A stretch of DNA of 64,000 nucleotides from Octopus sinensis (lineage: Eukaryota): assembly GCF_006345805.1 (NCBI RefSeq), contig NC_043000.1, positions 117,428,001 through 117,492,000 on the forward strand, read 5' to 3'. A program made the position numbers and the translations under genes. This document shows, in pieces, positions 54,727 to 64,000 of this stretch; position 1 is the first letter of the stretch, and each line of letters opens with the position of its first letter. The notes beneath the pieces are model-generated. The model was not told the DNA's origin. It searched no databases and saw nothing but the letters and a program-made list of their open reading frames with translations.

Positions 54727-54828
54727 TTGTTATCGAATTCTTTAATATTTAACCAACTAATTAATCGATTGATTTGATTAATTTGACCGATTAATTAATT
54801 AACATTATTAAAATGTTAACGAATTGAC

Positions 54829-54863
<35 letters not shown>

Positions 54864-55204
54864 TTCAGGGACCTTTTGAGTGGGATGGGCTACTCAACGT
54901 GAAGAAAATTCTAACTGGGCCACCACCTGTAAGGTCATGTGCTGTTTATCTTGATATAAGATCACCATGTCACGCACATATAGTTGTGATGCATGTACCT
55001 AGTGTGCCCTTATCAGATGGTTAGTCATGATGGGTATACTGGGCTTCGTTGCGCTGTTCTCTCACTCAATGAGGAGGAGGATAAAAGAAGTTAACTAGAA
55101 TGAGGTGTAATTACCCTCCAGATACGAAATGCAATGAAACCTGTTCGTATCATGAAACGTGCAAGCCAAATACAAAAACGGAAAATTCTATTTTATAAAT
55201 AAGG

Positions 55205-55900
55205 TGTTGCGAAGACAGAGACATTGGTCCTCTCAAGAAAGTCTTTCCAGCGATTTCTGCGTGTTAGAAGAACAGCACTGAGGCAGGCTGAGAAGCTGAG
55301 TTATCTCGGAACCAAATTCACGATTGATGAGAAACAGGAGGTTGAATTGGATGTTAAATTTCTAGGTGCTAGCAGAGTAACGAGCCAACTTCAGCTGTCG
55401 ACCTTCAGAGAAGGAGAAATTGATAGGAAAAAAAAAACACAAGCTTCCTACCTTGAATTCTGTTTTTGTGCCTATCTTCTCCTATGGTCATGAATGTTGG
55501 GTAATGATAGAAAGAGTACGATTTCGAACGCAAGGGGGCGAGATGGAGTTCTTCAGAATGGTATCTGGATTAATGGGGTTTTTTTTCAACAGGGTGCGTA
55601 TCTTGGAGATCTGGGAGCCTCTCCATGTCGGGCCGATACTTCACATCGAGAGGTCACATGTTACTTCGAACATGTGATTAGAATGTCGCAGGAACGAATC
55701 GCAAGACGTATTCTTCAAGCCGAGCCAACCGGTAAGAGATATAGGAATAGGCCAGAACGAGATGATTGAATAATGTCCATAGTCTCAGGTAGTCAAACTC
55801 GGGAATCTGCCGAAAATTCTAATGACGGTTGCTTTTCATAGGAGAAGCATGGAAATATTACCACCACAACCCTCCCAGGAATAATGGGTGCAGAAGATGG
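55205..55900 (+). pseudogene. Decayed RTE (Rex3/Expander-like) LINE 3' part
   Basis: KTETLVLSRK..EKLSYLG..FVPIFSYGHECWVM..EMEFFRMVSG..LHIERS..EHVIRMSQERIARRILQAEPTGKR. Confidence 0.85.
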
Positions 55901-55981
55901 ACGTATTAATGAAGAGGTGATAGCAAAAAAAATCAAAAAAATTTCATTCATATTTGGACGGGTCTGGTATTTGACTAACTT

Positions 55982-56200
55982 AAGGCGGCGAGCTAGCAGA
56001 ATCGTTAGCATGCCGGGCGAAATGCGTAGCCGTATTTCGTCTGCCGTTACGTTCTGAGTTCAAATTCCGCCGAGGTTGACTTTGCCTTTCATCCTTTCGG
56101 GGTCGATTAAATAAGTACCAGTTACGCACTGAGGTCGATATAATCGACGTAATCCCTTTGTCTGTCCTTGTTTGTCTTCTCTGTGTTTAGCCCCTTGTGA
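55982..56200 (+). mobile_element. SINE A (Tx1-type tail, truncated)
   Basis: Family match ending gccccttgtgagt. Confidence 0.85.
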
Positions 56201-57623
56201 GTAAGTTGCCATAAAAGGAATATGAGGCTATAATTCTTTGTAGACGCTATCAAAGACAGTTTATATGATTAAATGAGAAAGGACATATTGAAACGGCTCT
56301 TCTTTGGGAGAATCTGCTTAAGACTATTTTCTAGTCGTTTCTTAAATAAAACGATTTACACGTACAATACATGATATTCTCGCCGCTTTATTTTTGAGTG
56401 AACCGAACCAGCAGAAATGAACTGTCTTGAAAATATGCACGACACTTGGGGATCTGCTAAAAATAGTCTCACTGCCGGTTGTTCGTTGTATTTAAAGTCA
56501 ATTGCTAATGCACATTGCATTTGCAGAGGTGTGTTTAACAATATTTAGTAATTAAAGTTCGTCATTAGCTCTGGATAATTCTAGAGGACATTTTAGGTCA
56601 CATATCGCAATTTTTGAGCTACAAAAATATTGGGTGTTTTATTTTCTTTTCTTTTTTTTATTTTTTGCATTTCCCATCTATATGATTCATTAATAGTTTC
56701 AAAAACAAAAATAAAATAAAAAGTTTATTATTGCAATTGAATAGAAAAGGATAAATATACTTTTCTTTTTCAGCAATCCCCATTTGGGACTTTTCGAAAG
56801 ATTTATCATAATTTCTAAAATAATTCACACATGAATAAAATTTAAATACTATATATTATTTTAACACCTGAGACACCTGGCAAAGCCAAAAAAATATGAA
56901 TAAAAAAAATTTGCAGTTAATCGGTTAATCTGAACAACATTAAAAAGCTGACTCGGAATAATTATGTGATGAGAAAAGCTCGGTCTTAGTCACTGACTAA
57001 TTTCATTGTAATTACTTCCTTAAGTGTGTCCGTGAACATGTCTACGTCTGTCTCTGTGTTTAACCAAATAAACCGGTTTCTGTCTATTTACAAGAAAGCT
57101 TGAGTAAGCAATTCGATTAAATAAGATCGAAATAGATACTTGGGTTAAAATGATTGATTAAAATACTTCAAGATAGTTACCCAATGGCTAAAATAGTACT
57201 AAGGTAAGAAGAAAAATAAAAGATCGAATATGAAATATATGAGAACACGCGGCAGGCAACACGTGATACGTTTCAGTTTTGCTCTGAGCTCGTTATAGTT
57301 TCCGGCGTATTGACCGAAACTGTGACTGGGGGATTTCCCAGTGTATATTCCTATGAATGATAGAACGCAGGCTAAAATGTCCCTTGCATATAAATTAATG
57401 TCCTTGTAGGGAGCTAGTGTACCGCTGCGGTAATTTATAAGATAGGTGCACATTCGACAGATATGAAAACCTGAAGCCCTAATACGTTTCCAGTGAGAGA
57501 CCAGCAGATAAGATTTTGACTGATATAAAGAAATAGCCATGTTAGAAGAGGCGGTCTTAACAAATGTCCTTTGAAGAACACTTGCGAAAGTTTGCCAAAA
57601 ATATTTGTGTGTGTGTATGTTTT

Positions 57624-57666
<43 letters not shown>

Positions 57667-58097
57667 ATATTCTTTGATTGTTTTAGTCATTTCAGTGCGG
57701 CCTTGCTGGAGCACCACCTTTAGTCGAGTAAATCGACCCCAAGACATAATTCTTTGTAAGCCTAGTACTTATTCTATCGGTCTCATTTGCCGAACCGCTA
57801 ACGTTACGGGGACGTAAACACGCCAACAACGGTTGTCAAGAGAGGGTAGGGGAGGGGGGTAGAAATACAGAAACACAAACACACACATATATATATATAT
57901 GCCGGGCTTCTTTCAGTTTCCGTCTACCAGATCAACTCACAAGGCTTTGGTCGGCCCTAGGCTATAGTAGAAGGCACTTGCCCAAGGTGCTATGCAGTGG
58001 GACTGAACCTTGAACCACATGGTTGGTAAGCAAACACACATATATACAAATCCATATGAATCTACATGGACAGACAGGCAGGCAGGCAGACAGACAC

Positions 58098-58150
<53 letters not shown>

Positions 58151-58173
58151 TGATATAATGTTATAGATAGCTA

Positions 58174-58411
58174 CAGGGTGTTCAAAAAGTCTCTCCGCAG
58201 TAAGTAATTAATTGCAAAATAAAAATTTATAAGATGGTATAAGACTACAAAAGAATATATTAGACTTTACAAGACTTTCAAAAACTTTGTAAGAAGTGTT
58301 GGAACTGTCGTCCTTCATTTTCAATACATAAGTTGACTCTTCTGCACATGTTTTGAAATACATCTTGGAGACAAAAAAAATTCACTGCGGAGAAACTTTT
58401 TGAACACCCTG
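58174..58411. mobile_element. Tc1/mariner MITE
   Basis: TA|cagggtgttcaaaaagtctctccgcagt ... actgcggagaaactttttgaacaccctg|TA. Confidence 0.88.
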
Positions 58412-58444
58412 TATAATGTTTGGCTTTGTTAGAATAACTGAAGG

Positions 58445-58565
58445 ATTATTCAATACTTTTGATTGAGTATAAATTTATTATTTCGTAACAACAATATTTA
58501 CTGACAATGACTTTGAAGTTTCGGGCAGCTTTAGCCATCATCGGACAGTCCGATGATGGCTTAGC
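58445..58565 (-). ncRNA. Hammerhead-like motif (CCGAUGA core) with fold-back
   Basis: Minus strand gactgt-CCGATGA-tggc taaagct gccc-GAA-act tcaa agt-C-attgtc. Confidence 0.55.
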
Positions 58566-58681
58566 ACACACACACACACAGATGCACATTCACGCATGCA
58601 TATTAGCTATATACATACATACACCCGCATGCATATAGACACACACATACGGAGATACGTCAAGAGAATATTATATATATA

Positions 58682-58716
<35 letters not shown>

Positions 58717-58720
<4 letters not shown>

Positions 58721-59030
58721 AGGCGCAATGGCCCAGTGGTAAGGGCAACGGACTCACGGTCGGAGGATCGCGGTTTCGATTCTCAGACCGGGCGTTGTGT
58801 GTGTTTATTGAGCGAAAACACCTAAAAGCTCCACGAGGCTCCGGCAGGGGGTGGTGGCGACCCCTATTGTACTGTTTCGCCACAACTTTCTCTCACTCTC
58901 TCTTCCTATTTCTTGAGTAACGCTGCGATGGACTGGCGTCCCGTCCAGCGGGGCGGGGGGGGGGGCACATACGCCACAGAAACCGGGAAACCGGGCTCAT
59001 GAGCCTGGCTAAGCTTGAAAAGCGCGACGT
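58717..59030 (+). mobile_element. SINE C
   Basis: Family match between microsatellites. Confidence 0.88.
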
Positions 59031-59037
59031 TTTATAT

Positions 59038-59104
<67 letters not shown>

Positions 59105-59194
59105 TATATGTATATACACACACACACACATATATATACACACACACATATATATACATACACACACACACACACACAACACACACACACACAC

Positions 59195-59228
<34 letters not shown>

Positions 59229-60029
59229 CATACACGTGTCTGTGTGTGTATATATGTGTGTCTGCGTGACCGTCCTTGTTTTCTTATGGGAAAGAATATA
59301 TATATGAGTTTGTGTACGACAGAAAATATATATATATATATATATACATAACATTTACGCGGTATATCGTTATGTAAGACGTGTAAGCTTGTAAAGTTGT
59401 TTTATGTGAGTCACCAGCCGTCGTGTCAGTTACACAAATCTACCTCGACAGGGAAATTTGTGTCGTGACTCACTGTTGACTAACACGTAGTCGAGTATCA
59501 ATGGTAGCTCTATTACTATATTATTATTATTATTATTATTAGTTAGGGGTTGTTTGTGAATGGCCAAAATGTGGGTAACCGATTATAGTTATTTAGTTAT
59601 ATGTATGTATTTTTCCCCACGTGTTTACGTTATGGAATTGTAACCGATATCAAGATCAACCGCATGTTTCCTTCTGGAATTCGATAACATCTAAGTTCCT
59701 TGTCGACTTGAATGTGGTCGATTTAATGAACCGAACACGAATTTTTAACCGTATTGGCAGAATCGCTTGAGCGTTAAAAAAAAATAAAAAGAAAGAAAAA
59801 GAAACAACGGTGTATGGACCTGCCGTTACGTTCTGAGTTCAAATTCCGCCGAGGTCGACTTTGCCTTTCATCCTTTCGGGATCGATAAATTAAGTACCAT
59901 TTACGCACTGGGATCGATTTAATCGACTTAATCCGTTTGTCTGTCCTCGTTTGTCCCCTCTATGTTTAGCCCCTTGTGGGTAGTAAAGAAATAGGTTTGA
60001 GTCCAAATTTAGCCGATGTCAACTTTGTC

Positions 60030-60242
60030 ATTCATCATCATCATCATCATAGTCGTCATCGTCGTCATTACCATTATCATAATCGTCGTCATCATCATTA
60101 TCGCCGTCGCCATCGTCATTATCATCATCATCACCAGCATCATCATTACCATCACCATCATCATCATTGCCATCATCGCCGTCGTCGTGGTGATTACCAT
60201 CATCATCACCATCATCATCATCATCATTATCATCATCATCAG
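60030..60242. repeat. Degenerate (CAT)n/(CGT)n trinucleotide repeat
   Basis: Direct inspection. Confidence 0.95.
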
Positions 60243-60891
60243 TCTATGAGCATTTACTGCCTCGGGTCCTAGCAATCGTAGGGCCGGTTACCCAGTTACC
60301 CGGTTTCCATGGCGTATTAGTGACTGAAAAGGACACCGCTTCATCGTAGGGTTAACTCATTTACAGCTAAACGGACTGAAGCAGCGTTTAGTGAAGTGTT
60401 TCGCTCTCAAGATCACAACGCACCACCCGGTCCGAGAACCGAAATCACGATCTTCCGATCGTGAGTGCAACACCCAAACCCCTAACCAAGGTTCATAAAA
60501 TACGGTACCAGTTAGTCGTGTACTATTTTAATTAATTGTTCCCTTCCTTCAAATTTCTGGCCTTTTACTCTTTTTTATTTGTTTCAATCATTTGACTGCG
60601 GCCATAATGGAGCACCGCCTTTAGTCGAACAAATCGACCCCAGGACTTATTCTTTGTAAGCTTAGTACTTATTCTATCGGTCGCTTTTGCCGAACCGTTA
60701 GGTGACGGGGGGCGTAAACACACCAGCATCAGTTGTCACGCGAATGTGGGGAGGACAAATACACAAACACACACATACATACATACATACATACATACAT
60801 ACATACATACATACATACATACATACATACATACATACATACATACATACATACATACATACATACATACATACATACATACATACATACA

Positions 60892-60932
<41 letters not shown>

Positions 60933-61329
60933 TGTGTGTGTGTGTGTACGACAGGCTTCTTTCAGTTTCCGTCTATCAAATCCACTCACAAGGCTTTAGT
61001 CGACCCGAGGCTATAGTAGAAGACACTAGCCCAAGGTGCCACACTGTGGAACTGAACCGTAGGAAGTCAATTACTAGTTTATGTCGTATTGAATTGTAAA
61101 GTATCTTGCAGAGGATGTGATCTATATCTAGTCCCTGGCTATGCTACATTTTCTTTTATTTTTTGGACTATTTATAAAGTTATATAAGACCTGGTAAGGT
61201 TTTTCTGATTTTGCCCAGCTTGTTTACCATACTCAGTACACCAAATATTATTGACATCGGTTTTCCACTCATACACACATATCATTTATCGTATTTGATG
61301 GCAGAAAAGACGCACATTTTTCCCCAAAA

Positions 61330-61860
61330 TATCTTTCACAAAAGAAAAAAAAAAAACGAAAATCACCCTGGGTCCTGTATGCGATGTTGAGCCTCCCATA
61401 AGATTTAATGTACTAAAAGCCTTTTTCATAAATATGTGTCGCTGAAAATAGGTTGCTGAACTTAGGGAGCGTTTAGTATACCCGTGCATCTTTTATGTCA
61501 TCGAATGCGGTCTCTCTATTTCAAAGTCCCTCAACTTTTATAAGTTTTGCTTCGTTATATATATTGTTTTTTCTCACAAGGGATCGACAATGGTGATCAG
61601 ATTATATAGATTTTCGTAGATATTTGTCATTCATTACCATAGTTGAGTGGCTCACTTTGATGTCCTTGTCAGTCTGGACAAGTATCTTCCATATCATTAT
61701 GACATACTGACTGGGTCTGGTACACGCTTATACCAACTTCGCGTCGATATTTTGGCATATTGCCCAATACAGTGGACATAGCCTTAATACGCAATCATAT
61801 TTCTGGTTAGATTCTGTCTTTGCAAAGACTGCTCAGCCAAAAATAATGTGATCAATCGTT
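61330..61860 (-). pseudogene. Heavily decayed R4/Dong-like (RLE) LINE C-terminus
   Basis: Minus-strand IDHIIFG*AVFAKTE...WAICQ...WYKRVPDPV...IW..VQTDKDIK matches the CCHC-RLE region. Confidence 0.6.
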
Positions 61861-62203
61861 TCTGTGTACTGATTGCATAGCCTGCAGTTGTTGTTAGCCA
61901 CTTGCTTTCATTATTTTGTTATTATTCTTTTTATGGTTTGTTTGCACATGTGTATGTACATGTGTGTGCGCACGCGCGTGTGTCTGTGTATTGGTATTGA
62001 TTCTATACTACTAAAATCAGACATTTCAGTTGTTTTTCAGAAACTGAGCAATCACGCGATTTTATTCCCTTGCTGTCGAATCTTCCGGAATACTGGCCAT
62101 GACAAGGTCTATTTTATTCCACTATTTTCCCCCTTATTAATTTTGGAGTTCCTTTTTTATTTTGTCTTTTTTTAATACTTTTTTTCTGATATGTGCATAT
62201 CAT

Positions 62204-62620
62204 AGGCGCAGGAGTGGCTGTGTGGTAAGTAGCTTGCTTACGAACCACATGGTTCCGGGTTCAGTCCCACTGCGTGACACGGTAGGCAAGTGTCTTCTAC
62301 TATAGCCTCGGGCCAACCAAAGCCTTGTGAGTGGATTTGGAAGACGGAAACTGAAAGAAGTTCATCGTATATATATGTATGTATGAATGGATGGATAGAT
62401 GTATATGTTTGTATACGTGTGTTTGTTCCCCCCCCCCACCCAACATCGCTTGATAACCGTTGCTGGTGTGTTTATGTCACCGTAACCTAGCGGTTCGGCA
62501 AAAGAGACCAATAGAATAAGTACTAGGCTTACAAAAAATAAGTCCTGAGGTCGATTTGTTCAACTAAAGGCGATGCTCCAGCATGGCCGCAGTCAAATGA
62601 CTGAAACAAGTAAAAGAGTA
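62204..62620 (+). mobile_element. Full-length SINE B
   Basis: Family match. Confidence 0.9.
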
Positions 62621-62902
62621 GGCATACTGCTTTAATGAATAATATTAATTGTTAATTTCGTGTAATTTAAGACTTCACTTTGCAAATGATTGCTTAGAAA
62701 CAAGAGCATGTTTATTAATTGTTATTAAATCTTCTTTCTATAGAACTCATCAATTATTTGATAGAATACGAAATATATAAACAACATAAAACAGACGCGT
62801 TATTTGTTCCGGCCTTCTTCAATCTGAGTTGAAAATTCGCCGAGCTCAATTTTGCTTTCCATCCTTCCAGGATCAATAAAAATATATACCAGTCACCGAA
62901 AC

Positions 62903-63171
62903 GGGACAATTGGGCGCCACTGTTTGGACGCTGGTCATACGGCATGGCCGACTGGACACAGAGCTTGCTTTGGCAAGAGTGCTTTTTGGCACTGGAGGCA
63001 AACACATAAGCGCGCGCATAGAAATATATACACATACAGATAGAAAGAGTAAGATAGTGAGGGAGAGAGAAAGATAGAGAACATGAGAAGTATTAGAACG
63101 TCTAATGTCAATTAGCGTCAAGTAAGCAACGCCAAAAAGGCGACGCCAAAACGGCGGTGCCGAAACGTCCC
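62903..63171. mobile_element. MITE with GGGAC..GGCGCC subterminal repeats
   Basis: gggacaattgggcgccactgtttgg vs reverse of ccaaaacggcggtgccgaaacgtccc; interior is related to 32270-32400 and 32850-32980. Confidence 0.6.
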
Positions 63172-63559
63172 ATACTCATCAGCCACATACTGAAGTCTAT
63201 GTAATCGACTGCTTCCTTCCTCCAAACTCAAAGCCATGTTCTTACGTAAGAAAATATATTAGCGCAGTAAACTGGCTGAATAATTAGCACATCACACAAA
63301 AATACCTTTATTCGTCGTTGCGTAAGCATTTGCACTTCTTGTGAAAAAGACGGGTTCCACTAGTTATGTAAAAAATATTTGGACACGGAAGTTCAGATTA
63401 ATAAGTTTCTGTAACAGAAATATAATAAAATGTCGAAATTACTGCTCTTTTCATCTTTCTATGAAAGAAATGGTTCTTTTTCAACCGTTGACTTGATTGT
63501 GTAGGCAAAAGAGAGCATTGGGATGCTAGTTGAGTATATGGCTTCAAAACTGTACAAGG

Positions 63560-64000
63560 ACATGAGAATGAATGAAACTGAAAATAAATGGATAAAGAAA
63601 AGAATGCATGGACAATTTCATAGAGTTGTTGAAGATAAGATTGAGAAAAAAGATGGCTATGAATGACTAAAAGTGATTTAAAACTGGAAACGGAGGCTCT
63701 AACCTGTGCTACCTAAGAGCAAGCATTAAGAACCAATAACATCAAATACAGAATAGACAACACATCAGAAAGTGATGAATTCAGAATTTGTGGACAAAAT
63801 GGTGAAACCGTATGACATATTACCAGTCAATGTACGCCACTGGCCTAGAAAGAATATAAGAGACGTCATGACAAGATACCTCGGATTGTCCATTGGAAAC
63901 TTTGCCACAAGTATGGACTTGACAAAGCAAAAAATTGGTAGGAACATAAACCCGAAGGAATCATCGAAAATGATAATGCAAAGAACCTATAGGTTCTTTA
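63560..64000 (+). pseudogene. R4/Dong-like LINE ORF remnant (CCHC and RLE entry), runs off the window
   Basis: KRMHGQF..LKLETEAL..EQALRTN..ICGQNGETV*HITSQC..RHDKIPRIVHWKLCHKYGL..W*EHKPEGIIENDNAK. Confidence 0.85.

Overview
This is AT-rich, repeat-saturated eukaryotic DNA, intronic or intergenic. No host gene can be called confidently. The mix of tRNA-derived SINE families, compound microsatellites and TTAGGG-type repeats suggests a cephalopod (octopus-like) genome; that assignment is inference from repeat style. Contents: dozens of SINEs in at least five modular families (my working labels A-E); a recent 5'-truncated Tx1/L1-clade LINE (8.4-10.6 kb); decayed RTE and R4/Dong-like LINE fragments; several MITEs; two Helentron-type non-autonomous elements; a 28S rRNA fragment; near-identical tandem duplications; and a 2.1-kb palindrome inside an inverted triplication. 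Three observations stand out. (1) Three unrelated repeat families carry hammerhead-ribozyme-like cores, including a 3 x 165-bp retrozyme-like tandem array. (2) The Tx1-type LINE 3' end is shared with SINE family A. (3) SINE A repeatedly sits at the same GGTATTT site inside other family-A SINEs, which suggests a target-specific SINE/Tx1 partnership. Almost all listed ORFs are artefacts of microsatellites or SINEs. All alignments were done by eye and coordinates of decayed elements are approximate.
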